Of a DNA stretch of 64,000 nucleotides, positions 1 through 11,639 are shown piece after piece (positions within the stretch are counted from its first letter, which is position 1; each line of letters starts with the position of its first letter). Source of the DNA: Podarcis erhardii (Eukaryota); assembly GCA_964252035.1 (NCBI GenBank), contig OZ176201.1. The stretch is one strand, 5' to 3'. Made by a program: the position numbers and the translations under genes. Below the pieces are notes generated by a model that saw nothing but the letters and a program-made list of their open reading frames with translations, had not been told where the DNA came from and did not search any database.

Positions 1-1036
1 AAAAGGTTAATTAAACTCTGAAAATACCCTTCCCCCCACCAAGCATGAGACTGTTAATTTTCTCTTTATATTGGTATTTAATTAATTCCTGCAAAGACTC
101 TGACTATTTTTTATATAATTTCTCCCTTTGTTTCCTTCCTTTCCTCCCTCTCCCCCCTCTCTCTTTCACTCTCTCATTGTTAATCCTCCCATATTCAGGG
201 TTTTCCCCCTCCCTCTTCTGTCTTCCCCAGATTTGAAATTCTATTACCATTTCAGAAGGCAGGCGTTTGAAGAGAAAATTGAATACCCGTCCAGTCTTGA
301 TAAGAAGGGACACTTGGTACTAGCAGCAATTTGTGCAGCACCCCCCCTTTTTTTTTTGCAAAGACCCCATTCCTCCATTCCCATTCATAATGCTTGTAAT
401 GTGTAAGGGAGAGAAAATTAAAAGGGGTGTGTGTGTGTGTGTGTGTTGGGAAGAGGAGGTGATGGGGTGGTGGTGTGGGCTGAAACGGAATGAATTGTCA
501 CATCTCTCTTTGAATTAGCATTCCCTGTCTCCTTTCTTTCCATAGTAAATGTGTCATGGCAACAAGGCGTTGTACTTCTGCCTGGTGCTCTGTGAATAAC
601 ATATTGTGGCTTCTATGACAAGCTTTGGAGGGATCTGCCTGCACTTTCACTGGTCCAAATACTCTCCTCCTCCTCTTCTTTCTCTCTTGCACACACTTTT
701 TCTTTTACTGGAAAGGCTTCCCATCTCTCAGGCACACACCTGGAATAAACACCACTCTGTAGCCAGGGCTGACCATTTCTTCTCCATTTGTGCAGGGAGG
801 CTTTTGAAGGATCCAGAGGCCCTTGAACCATATTCCGTGGCCTCCTCCTCCCTCCTCCCTCCTCTGAATCAGGGCTCCCCAAATCCATCTGTATTGATAT
901 GAACACAGGCATTTTCTCTTGTCCTGCTAATTTCACACTACATTCCTGTATACCTGGTTATTCTGCCCTTGATGTTGCTCGGGATTTAATATTATAATTC
1001 TTCTGCAAATAGAAATCACATTTGTTTGTAATGCTT

Positions 1037-1137
1037 TAGCATTGAGTGGGGGGCCTACGACCCTCCAGCTGTTGGGAGCATAATTCCCATCTTCCCTGAC
1101 TTTGACCATGCTAGCTGGGGCTGATGAGAGCAGCCAC
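1037..1137. mobile_element. Degenerate hAT MITE (palindromic CAGGG-type family)
   Basis: Carries the family core CCTCCAGCTGTTGG...TCCCATC...GACCATGCTAGCTGGGGCTGATG seen in better copies at 14241 and 60195; ends are eroded. Confidence 0.55.
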
Positions 1138-1252
1138 ATACAGTTGCCAAAGAAAGAGGACCAAAGAGGGTATATTTGCATAAGATGCCGTCTGTCCTCA
1201 GTTAAAGCTATGCTCAAGGCAGCTTACAACATGAAAAGATTTACATAATCAC

Positions 1253-1319
1253 CAGTGCTATTTTTCCAGAAAAAGAAGTGCCGAAACTCAACATGAACTC
1301 CAGGTGAAAAAAAGCCCTG
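1253..1319. mobile_element. 67-bp hAT MITE
   Basis: TIRs CAGTGCTATTTTT / AAAAAAAGCCCTG; 8-bp TSD ATAATCAC (1245-1252) / ATAATTAC (1320-1327). Confidence 0.8.
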
Positions 1320-1439
1320 ATAATTACAAACATAACAAAAGTAGTCATGAACAATAAATGAAACACATCGAAACGCGCATAACCATGTTGCATGTATAGA
1401 TTCAAATTCAGGAATAATTACTATAATTTAAATAGAACC

Positions 1440-1680
1440 GCATCTCACTAGAGTGGGGAAGACTGTGGCCAGGTGCCTGCCTGCTCAGTCTGCTGTCTAG
1501 TTAATGGGAACGTCAAGACCCCTCTTGCTTGCCCTTCTTGGAGTTATTTATTTTTTCAGCCAGGCTTGGACCAGACAGCCCTCTGAAAAACAGGACATCT
1601 GAAGACAGAGGATTAACCTCTGGCCATCTTTCCACTAGAAGCCTGTCCTCTGTAAAGTGGTCCACCGGGCCAACTTTACA
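1440..1680. repeat. Unclassified dispersed repeat, related to 29350-29580
   Basis: Collinear shared motifs GAAGACTGTG(G/A)CCAGGTG, AGGATT..CCTCT and CACTAGAAG(C/T)CTGTCCTCT in both places. Confidence 0.55.
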
Positions 1681-3810
1681 AGATTCTTTGCTCAGGGAGG
1701 AAACCGGGCCCATCTTCCTGGTGCTCTCAGGCCAAATATGTCACAACAGGTACCCTTGAAGGAGAGCAGCAGTGTGCGCATGATATCTCTCTGGATTTAC
1801 AGTTGTTAGTTACAAATGTACGGTAGCTTTCTTCACTTTGTGGATGCATGCTAGTGGAAGTGTTGTATGATAGGTAGTATAATAGGTAGACCCGGCCTAC
1901 ACAGCCTGTGATCCCCCTGCAAGGCAAACACAGTCCATGGATGGGTTGGCTTTGGCTTGTTGAGTCACAGGTTATACACTGGACATTTTCCATATGCTGG
2001 CCAGACGCATGGCATTCCAATGAAAGGAGTGAATAATTAACAAGCAAATATTTTTTGTTATCAACAATTTTCTTATAATAAAACACATATCAATGCATTA
2101 TACAAAATTTTGTGCTGAATACAAGAATAACAAAAGGCACGTATCATAACCAAAAGTTTTCTTAGCACCTGCCAAAGCAGGTTGTTGTTTTTTTTTTAAA
2201 AAAACCAGACTGTCTATTGTTATTAAAACACAATAAAAGCATATAATTTACAGTTTAAAAAGTGTGTTGCTAAGCTGAGAGAGGCCATAAAGTTTGTAAC
2301 CTTTTCTAGAACTTCAAGGTCCCACATTTTTAAGAGCTGGTCCTAGGATATTTAGAGGTGTTTTCACACATTACAGTAAGCTGATGTACAATCTGTGTAC
2401 ATACGGTAAATAGTTGAGCTGTATAGTATTCACATGTAACATTCAATGAGTGTACTATCTCTGTACGCAACAGTTTGGCCATACAAATCAACAAGGGTGC
2501 ACTCTTTGTCATAAACACTTGTACTTATATAGAGACAGCTTGCACATATATTCAGTATAACATGTGAACAATCTGGAAAGCTCAAATGAAAGGACCTCCT
2601 TAGGACTGTGAATTGCATACACACAGAATTTTGAACTGGGTTCAACATTAATTGTTCCAACAATGTTGGTGTTCATTTTATTTCTTTGTGCATCATCCAC
2701 ATGGTTTTTCTATCCATATGTTTCCACAGCGGTGTGGGAAGAAGCCACAGAGAAATGCCACCCATATTGCTCCAGTGCTGTGTTAGGTAGCCTCATGACA
2801 TGAACTCTGATGCAACAGTTGCAGGATCCCTGTGGCACCAAACAACCTAATCCACTGCAGCTTTGATATAAATGCAGACTCTGCCAGCTAGGCAGCTTGA
2901 GTGCCACTTCCATTGTTGGGTGGATATATTGTCATCTTGGAAGTTGCCCTTAAGCTGTTTCCTCAGAATATCTGGGAGCTTTCTTAGTGTAAGAAGAACA
3001 CTCACATTTTTGCTTTCGTCATTGCAATAAAAAGCAGATTGTGTGGTGTGGTCAGGGAAACTATATTAAAGTTTCAATTTAAATTGCAATTTAAGAAAGA
3101 GGAAGTATATTTGCAATTTTAAAGAAACAAAACTTTGGACAATCTCTGGTGAGTGTAAATATGGAAGAATCTCTCCCCCCCCCCCTCTCTTGGAAAGTGC
3201 TTTTTAGGGGCTACATCTGGTCTGCAGCTTCTCCCTGGTTCCATACAGCAGCCTGCTTGCTAATTGCTTGGATTATTTGCCTGGTAGTGCTTGTCACAAG
3301 AGTCTAGCCACGTGGAGGGCCTGTGCTGTCCTTTGCTGTTTTGACATTGGCTCAGCCATGAGACTCTTTCCCTACATCCAAGAGCTGCGTTTCCACCTCT
3401 TATTTCCCTGCTAACAGCTTTCTCCCGAAAGGGAGCACATTAGGGAAGTGAGAAGTTCACCCTGACTGCACCGGCTGGGAGCACACACAACAAGCTACCA
3501 AGTCACGTTGTTTTTGTTTTTGCTGTTGCCGCTGATCAGCTCTCAGTGAAGGGCCTTCCACTCCTGCTGCACATGCTTTCTCTAACTTCTTCTTTATTTG
3601 CTGGGATCTCATCAGTGAGAGGCAGCTGTCAATTCAGCCAACAAAATTGTCAGGCCCAAAGGAGAATCAGGGCTTCAGTTCCCACTCTTGATTTCTGCTC
3701 ATAACCCAACAGGTGGCTCTGTGGCTGCTGTTTGCACCCTTCCTTAAATGTTTCCTATGACATTGCAGTGGTTGTGAAAATGTGTGAAACAAGGGGTGGC
3801 ATTGAGCTAA

Positions 3811-4021
3811 GGCTGTGCACACATTACTGACTTTAAATGCAGCTAGGTTGTTGTTTTTCTTAATTCAGGTTGAAGCTGGTTTGAGGAAGTGTGTCAAAAC
3901 ACAGTATTTCATAAAAAAAAGACAGGTTATATATGGATTGTTTCTATCATGCGTACACTGCTTCCCAAACCAGTGGTGGGAACATACCGGATGCAGAGTA
4001 AACAGGCGTGTGTACACAGCC
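3811..4021. mobile_element. PIF/Harbinger MITE
   Basis: TIRs GGCTGTGCACAC / GTGTACACAGCC (11/12 match) flanked by the 3-bp TSD TAA on both sides. Confidence 0.8.
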
Positions 4022-4024
4022 TAA

Positions 4025-4200
4025 GAGTTACTCAGTATACACCCACTGAAATTAATGAATGTGACTAAGTTAAGTTGTGAATTTCAATGAGTGATATTCA
4101 GCTAAGTTTTATACAGAATAGACTCACTCATATTATGCAGCATGACTAAGTTAGGTTCATTCATTTCAGTGGGTCTGCTCTGAGTAAAGCTTCATTGAAT
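4025..4200. mobile_element. Two adjacent degenerate palindromic MITE-like elements (CCCATTGAA...TTCAATGGG family)
   Basis: ACTCAG..ACCCACTGAAAT...ATTTCAATGAGT and ATTTCAGTGGGTCTGCTCTGAGTAAA match the cleaner hairpin copy at 41336-41417. Confidence 0.55.
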
Positions 4201-4236
4201 ACCACCTGATTATTGCCAAAGACCTTGCACATGATA

Positions 4237-5306
4237 GATTGGTTGGCATCTGTCTGTCTCGGGAGACAATGGAGGAGGGGGCCTTTGGTAGTGAAGTCAA
4301 ACTGCAGGAAGGTTTTGCACATGCTGGAGAGAAATAATTTGTTGCAGCTGGAGCAGATGAAGGCATCCAGTTGTGCTGCTGCAGATGCACCATGGCGTTT
4401 CTTCTCTCTGTATTCCTCCCAGCAGTCATTCCTTCTCTGGTCACTGCTATGGATGCACGACCTGACTGTCTATCTCCAGGCACTGTGATTGTCTGCAAGG
4501 GTGGGGTTGATGTTGCCAGCCATCATGTCATGTTTGTAGACATCTTTCTGATGCAGAGTTGGTTGGCTAACGGGCCTGATGCCTGAAGCCAGCTCCCTGT
4601 AGAGCACATCCTTGTGGATCCTGTCATCTATGTCAAGGCAGCATAGACATTGCTGAGATAAGAGTGCAAACATGTTGGGAATATGGGCTTGGGAGAGCAC
4701 ATCTTTTGTCTACTTGGGTTCCACCATAACAGGCAACCTCTCCATCAACACTGAGCTGGACAAGCATATTGGCAAGGCAGCTATGGCGATGGCTCGCCTT
4801 TCTAAAAGGATATGGGAAAATGCAATGCTAATATCCAATACTAAGATGAAGGTCTACCAAGCTTGTGTGCTGAACACGCTGCTTTGTGAAAGTGAGTCGT
4901 GGGCAGCTTAGAACCAACAGGAGCGATGCCTCAACGCCCTCCACATGCGCTGCATCCAGAAGATTCAAGCTGAAATGTCAGGACCCTGTGTCCTGGCTTA
5001 TCTACCAACCTGTCACTGAAGACAGCCGTCATTGACCATGAGCTGAAAATGCTCAACACAGATGTTGCTGCTCTACAGGAGACCAGACTCGCTTCAAATG
5101 GCTGCTTCTGAGATAAGAACTACAACTTTTCCTGGCAAGGAAAGCACCCAGAACCACCACGTATTCACAGTGTAGACTTCTCAGTGAGGAACGCCCTTCT
5201 GTCTGCCACAGAACCACTAATCAAGGGCTCAGAATGCTTGCTTTTCCTCTGCCTCTCAACCACCTCTGGTCCCGTTAACATCTTGACCATCTACACTCCC
5301 ACTATG
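4237..5306 (-). mobile_element. RTE-clade LINE, rearranged three-part insertion
   Basis: 4237-4703 (minus): RTE C-terminus DVLSQAHIP...RIHKDVLYRELASG and 3' end GAGACAGACAGATGCCAAC. 4704-4966 (plus): FVYLGSTIT...KVYQACVLNTLL...HMRCIQKI. 4967-5306 (plus): degraded APE (NVRT...DVAALQETRL...). 11-bp TSD TGCACATGATA at 4226-4236 and 5307-5317. Confidence 0.9.
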
Positions 5307-6483
5307 TGCACATGATATAGAATTACATAAATTATGAACCAGCAATGGACCAGTAACAAATATTTTTTCTTTTATTTTCTTTTGCAAGTATCCAATTTTC
5401 CAGTATCTGCTACCCTCTCAAGGATGAGCAGATCCTCAAAACAGAGCACGGAGTTAAAGAAATTGCTTTCCCAAGGCCAAAGCAAGAAAAGGCATCAGTG
5501 CCAGAAACTGAACTCAGTCCCTTTTCATCTTGTGATGGCTTCATAACCACATGAGACCATTTCTTCAGTCCCCTTCCCCCTCCCCAAATCACATGCTAAG
5601 GGAGTGGGAGAGATGAGCTGCTGGCAAGACTCCCTCACCCACTTCCCCATTTTTAAGGGAACTTGGGCCAGCGGAAGGCTCTGTGAAAACAACCTGCCTG
5701 GTGTGAGCCCATTTCTGAGCTGGGAGGGAAGGAGTGAGGGGGAGACAGATGGCTCCCTGAACAACCGCCAAGATTCTAGGGAAAGGTTCCTCAAGAAAAC
5801 TGGCAGATACAAGTAGCTGCCCTGCCTGTGGGGATGATTTTTCTAATCGTGGAGAGATGTACAGAAATACGTTAGTCTAGTCCCGGAGTTAGTGCCTGCT
5901 TGTATTTGAAAGAAGCACCTTTTAAAAATTAAATGAAATCCTAAGTTAACAGGAGGATACACCCCCACAGAGTCTTTACTTTTTTCCAACTTTGCCATGG
6001 AAGGTAGCTGTGCATGCCAAGGACACAAGTGCTTTCGTAATGCATTTTGAGCCCAAAGGGATTGATGCGTATGGCTGGCTTGTTAAGTGACACTTGTGAC
6101 AGGTGTCCTGTAGGATCTGGTTGGTAGCGTATGTGAGGGTCTACAGGGCCAGGTGAGATTGCTTGTGGTTTCCACCGAGTCCTGATGGAGTTAATGGTGG
6201 GTCAACTTTATTCCTCTTGATTCAGAATTGGCTCAATATTTCTGAGCTTTCTTGGAGAGCATTTAAAAAGTTCTCTTCTGGTTCATAATGCTTGTACCTT
6301 TGTGCTGGTAGTGCTGTGCTCGTGTGCATTTCCTGCTGGGAACTGCAGATCCTAACACCAATCACAGGGAGCTGCTTGCAAATTCACCCTGCTACCACCA
6401 CCTCCTGCAGTAGCAGAAGGTGTGGTGAGGCAGAAGTATAGACCTCCCCTCTCAACACCAACATTGCTGTAGCTTACCTCAGT

Positions 6484-6516
6484 GGGGGTGGGGCAGGGGG
6501 TGGGGTGGGGTGGGGG
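6484..6516 (+). other. G-quadruplex-forming motif
   Basis: GGGGGTGGGGCAGGGGGTGGGGTGGGGTGGGGG: six G4-G5 runs with 1-2 nt loops. Confidence 0.7.
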
Positions 6517-7425
6517 TGAGGTCCACACCGCACAGATGCACCAGTGGAGTCAATCCAGCACTCCCAATCTTGCCGCTGCCTTGCCCCGCCCTGCAGCAAT
6601 GCTGATGTCAAGAGAGTGGCTCTGCCTCATCACATCAGCTGCTGCTAGGAATGAGATAAGACTGTATTTTAGATCTGAATTGGAGCTAGCAAATCAGGAA
6701 AAATATTTGCAAGGAGCAATCAAGAACGAACTCAGTTAGGGGGAAGATTGCTCACCAAGGGAAAGACTGTGTGGTAGGTGGTCTGGGTGCATAGTTCACA
6801 ACAATCCAAAAGAGTTTCATTGAGAGTAAGGACTTGAACATTAAATCATGTTTGCACATGCCTCTGAAAAGCTGCTGGGTTTGTAGATCATATCGTTTCA
6901 CAGCAATCAATGAGAATTTTTTTGAGAATCAGGTGGGGTGGAGCTACAGCAATAGCCACTTGACCCCAGCATTGCTGCCACTTACCAGAAAAGAGAGGCA
7001 GGGGCATCTGAGGTTTGAGCTGTGCAATTATGCACCAGTGGGAGCATCATATCACTGCTGCTTTGGTCCTCCCTGTCCTGATATGCAGTGACACTGCAGC
7101 CAGGAGGCTATTGTTGCAGCTCTGCCCTGTCAAGAGCTAACATTAAAGGACTTTTCCACATGGACCTACAAAGCAGCTTGGTCAGCCTGAGCTGGTGGAG
7201 CATAGTGGCTAAAAGACTGAGCCATGAATCAGAAAACCTCAGCCAACATGCATGTCCTTTGGATGACATTCCCCGTTAAATGGAGCCTACCAAACAAGGC
7301 TAGCAGTGGCCGCACTAGAGACTTCTACAGTCGTAGTGCCGGGGGTGGGGGGGGACTTGTCTTGCATCCTGGGGGTAAGGCTGAATCCTATAGCTCCTCA
7401 GCTTTTATTACAGGAGTCTGTAGTA

Positions 7426-7680
7426 GAAGAGAAGAAGAAGAAGAGTTTGGATTTGATATCCCGCCTTTCACTCCCCTTCAGGAGTCTCAAAGCGGCTAAC
7501 ATTCTCCTTTCCCTTCCTCCCCCACAACAAACACTCTGCGAGGTGAGTGGGGCTGAGAGACTTCACAGAAGTGTGACTGGCCCAAGGTCACCCAGCGGCT
7601 GCATGTGGAGGAGAGGAGACGCGAACCCGGTTCCCTAGATTACGAGACTACCGCTCTTAACCATTACACCATTTTGGCTC
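7426..7680 (-). mobile_element. Young tRNA-derived CORE/MIR-type SINE with (TTC)n tail
   Basis: Minus strand begins with a tRNA-like A box (TGGTGTAATGGTTAAGAGCGG) and B box (GGGAACCGGGTTCGCG), then the CORE motif GGGTGACCTTGGGCCAGTCAC, an L2-like tail and a TTC repeat. Confidence 0.85.
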
Positions 7681-8428
7681 TTAGTACTTAGTACAGTACT
7701 GTACTTAATTCTCCTTGTATCATATCTGCAAGAGTTATTCCCATTTTATAGATGAGATATATTTACCTGCCTAAGATGTGAATCGACCCAGATCTCCTAT
7801 TTTTTCCTTATCCATCTAAGGACTTTTCACACCTTCAGGATTGTGTCTGGTGTCCTCTTTTCTGACGTCAACAAATTATTCTGATGGTTACAACATTACC
7901 GAACCAGGACTTGCTGCCTTTTGCAGAGAACCTGCGCATGAACAGTCTCTATGCATGGAAGCTTTATTTGGGCCTTCAGAGGAATGCACAGAAGACAGGA
8001 CAGTGGGCAAAATTCCAGTCTCCCCTCGTCTGTGATCACTGAACAAGTGAAAAGGGCTTTAGAAGTCTGGTTTGAAGGAGGCTTGAGGGCACTTCTTTCT
8101 CTCACTGTAAACACTCCTGTACATGAGCAAGATTATGTAGAAGGTCACTTTATGTTTCTACTTGTATATTAGTAGGTAGATGAGTGTACGCATGCATGTG
8201 TATAGATGCACGCAGCAGAGGAAAGGTTTTTTTTTAGCACTATATGTCTATAAAGCAGGATGAGATTATATGCATGGTCCGATTTACAGAAAGGCGTATT
8301 TATATGTACAAAGGTATATGTGCATGTGTTTGACAGAGACTGTGTACATGTTTCTATGTGTATGAAGGAAAATAAGTGGTTTGTGGAAGGGGATGCAAAT
8401 GTTTATCACTTTAAATGTGCCAGAAATC

Positions 8429-8927
8429 GACCAGAAGGAGGAGGAACAACACGAAGAATGGAAGAAATTTAATGATTATTTAGTTAAATTTGTTAAGCTA
8501 AAATAACTGGAAATAGCGTCCAGATACTTAAAGGGCTTAGGATTGTATCTATGTTAACTGATAAAATAATATGTTTAATACAAGAAGGAGAGATTTAAAG
8601 ATGTTAATGTTTAATTTCAAGGGTATCGTTCTGCCCGGACACTGAGGTCCAGCTCCGAGGGCCTTCTGGCGGTTCCCTCACTGCGAGAGGCCAAGTTGCA
8701 GGGAACCAGGCAGAGGGCCTTCTCGGTGGTGGCGCCCGCCCTGTGGAATGCCCTCCCATCGGATGTCAAGGCGATGGACAACTACCTGACATTCAGAAGA
8801 CATCTGAAGGCAGCCCTGTTCAGGGAAGTTTTTAATATGTGACATTTTAGTGTATTTTTTATCTCTGTTGGAAGCCGCCCAGAGTGGCTGGGGAAACCCA
8901 GCCAGATAGGCGGGGTACAAATAATAA

Positions 8928-8974
<47 letters not shown>

Positions 8975-9184
8975 TATTATTATTATTATTATTAAAATTG
9001 GGATTTGGAAAACCATAATAAGGATATGAAATTCAACTAAGGGGAAACGAGGAAGTCGTTTTACAAAGTAAATAACTGTTATTTTCAATAAGGTTATGAT
9101 TTATGTCTGCTATGTTTTGTTTGTTTTATGTTTTTGTTTGTCATCGATATTGTAAAAACTAATAAAATTTTTGCAAAAAACAAA
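8429..9184 (+). mobile_element. 5'-truncated L1 (end of ORF2 + 3'UTR + A-tail), interrupted by L2
   Basis: Encodes DQKEEEQHEEWKKFNDYLVKFVKLK*, similar to the L1 ORF2 C-terminus at 20840; AATAAA then A-rich tail; 16-bp TSD AAATGTGCCAGAAATC (8413-8428, 9185-9200) at a TT/AAAT site. Confidence 0.88.
8624..8993 (+). mobile_element. Young L2 3' fragment with (TTA)n tail nested in L1
   Basis: Typical L2 3' end (AGGGCCTTCTCGGTGGTGGCGCCCGCCCTGTGGAATGCCCTCCC...GGAAGCCGCCCAGAG...GGCGGGGTACAAATAATAAA), CpG-rich, ending in about 60 nt of TTA repeat. Confidence 0.88.
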
Positions 9185-10704
9185 AAATGTGCCAGAAATC
9201 TATTCTAGTCTTTGACCAGCAGATGGCAGTCATGGCTCCAGAGAAAGCCTTCATTGCAATCAGTCCCCAACAGTCCTTATCTTGTACTTTGCCACTCTCC
9301 ATTTGTCCATTTCCCATCCCTTTGTCTGGCTTCCTCCCTCCGCATCACACCTGCTCTCCCTTTTGGAAACCCTGTCCTGTGGAAAGATGCCCGACTCCAT
9401 TCTTATGCCTTAGAGCTGCAACCCCCAAGGCACTGATTTGATTGTTTTTTTGCGTGCTATTGCAAAGGCAGCCTTGCTCAGTCAGGATGAGCGTATCAGT
9501 TCTGGAAGCAGCCAAAAGAGGCCTCTTTCTAATTGCAAATCAACCTTGATTACTGCATCATTTCAATTCCGCAATGTATCTACAGCAGGTTATTAGATTT
9601 TTAGTATTGAATCCATTCGTAAAATGTAGTAATAATGATTGTTTGAAGTGGGATGGAGAGAAAAATTATATTAAGAAAGCAAATTGGAAAATTGAAATCA
9701 GTTGCAGGTATTCATAATACGATCTCCCATCAACCCAACTCCAATTATTGCAAAAGCACGTTAACAACATCCTTGAACACAGGAGCCTTTCAGAGACCTC
9801 TGCCAACATATTTTCAGATACCCTTCTAAAAAAATCCAAAACCGTGAAGACTAGACTCTTGCACTTGAATAGACTGAAAGTCTGCGCTAGTTACCAGAGT
9901 ACATCAAGGAAGAAGAATGGCTTTGACCACTAAAACAGTGCTGGATAGCTTCAGATGTTCATGAGGGTTTGTTATCTCTGTTTTAGACCACTTTGGCTTT
10001 AATGCTAGCATTAATTATTCAGTCTTGAGAAGCAGGGTGAGGTGTCTAGCGCTGCAGGTGTTTTTACACGCCAGAAACTACCTTGCCTTCCCAAGAGTGT
10101 TCCGTTATGGACATTGCTAATTGATCACATCAAATATTAAAGTGACTAATACCCCCTTCCAAGATCCCAGCGATGACTCAAGAAGACACTGTCTCTGAGA
10201 TGACTCAGCCTGAGTATTTACATAATGTCAACCAGATGTCATAAAAAAGGATCTGGTGTTCTGTGAGATGTTTTCAGGATGCAGGCATGCTCAAGGGAGC
10301 TGTTGTCCTAGTCAAGATGGTTTCCATCTCACTTTTGGATATGATGCTGAAAAAGAAAGGGGAGTTTGCTGGTGATCGCACTGATATTTGGGCAAGTTCA
10401 GGAAAAGGATTTACATTGCCTCCAAATCTACTTGCAGTTGCTTCCATGCCTTGACCCTCCTGCCTGTTAATGCTGTGTAAGCAATAGTCCCTCTTCCTGT
10501 TTTTAGTATCTATGTGTCTCTGTTCTTACCCCTCATGAGAATGGGCCTGATAGACCCTTTAAGACTGCTCCTTCTTGTGCCAGATAATTGACCATAAATT
10601 CCGACTGACCACTGGTTTTTCTTCCTGTGCCCACTGGGCCAACATGTGCAATGGTACCTCATTGTATGAAACGATGAATCACGAAAGATGCTCTAGGACA
10701 GAAA

Positions 10705-10815
10705 TGGGGGACCTGTTTCCCTCCAGGTGTTGCTGAGCTACAACTCCCATCACCCTTGACCATTGGTCCTCATGTTGGTGGGAGTTAGAGTTCAACAGCA
10801 TCTCGAGGGTCCCCA
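10705..10815. mobile_element. Degenerate hAT MITE (palindromic CAGGG family)
   Basis: Inverted core CTACAACTCCCATCA...TGGTGGGAGTTAGAG. Confidence 0.6.
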
Positions 10816-11109
10816 TCCCTACTTTAGAATCTACTGGTGTGCCATGTGGAGACATGTGACTTCTAAGGTACTGTTTAGAAAAGCCTGCTGTAGATTCCAT
10901 CTGTTCTCTCACAGGGATACTTGCCTGTCTTTTTTCTTGTTTCATCATGACCCAGAGCCATCTTGGAAGTTCACAGAGCCTGCTGCTATTTGCTAGCTGC
11001 TTGTCTCTGCTTTAAAAATATGGAACCAATAGGCAGCATTATACCAATCGTAGCCTGTAGTAATAAGATCCCAGGGTAAGAAGAGCACTAAGCAAGAAAT
11101 GTGTCTTCA

Positions 11110-11639
11110 GGTCAGACCTCACCTGGAGTACTGTGTCCAGTTCTGGGCACCACAGTTCAAGAAGGACACTGACAAACTGGAACATGTCCAGAGGAGGGCA
11201 ACCAAAATGGTCAAAGGCCTGGAAACGATGCCTTATGAAGAACGGCTAAGGGAGCTGGGCATGTTTAGCCTGGAGAAGAGGAGGTTAAGGGGTGATATGA
11301 TAGCCATGTTCAAATATATAAAAGGATGTCACATAGAGGAGGGAGAAAGGTTGTTTTCTGCTGCTCCAGAGAAGCGGACATGGAGCAATGGATCCAAACT
11401 ACAAGAAAGAAGATTCCACCTAAACATTAGGAAGAACTTCCTGACAGTAAGAGCTGTTCGACAGTGGAATTTGCTGCCAAGGAGTGTGGTGGAGTCTCCT
11501 TCTTTGGAGGTCTTTAAGCAGAGGCTTGACAACCATATGTCAGGAGTGCTCTGATGGTGTTTCCTGCTTGGCAGGGGGTTGGACTCGATGGCCCTTTTGG
11601 TCTCTTCCAACTCTATGATTCTATGATTCTATGATTCTA
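11110..11639 (+). mobile_element. Young CR1 LINE 3' fragment
   Basis: Uninterrupted ORF2 C-terminus [19 protein letters not shown]...[14 protein letters not shown], 3' hairpin GTTGGACTCGATGGCC...TCTTCCAAC and (ATTCTATG)n tail. Confidence 0.95.

Noticed and set aside
8678-9088. 136-aa ORF with poly-Ile (also poly-Leu at 19299, poly-Ser at 33594, poly-Asn at 46642)
   Set aside because: Translations of microsatellites and TE antisense strands.
11099-11554. 151-aa ORF as a host gene
   Set aside because: It is the CR1 ORF2 C-terminus; the apparent start comes from flanking sequence.
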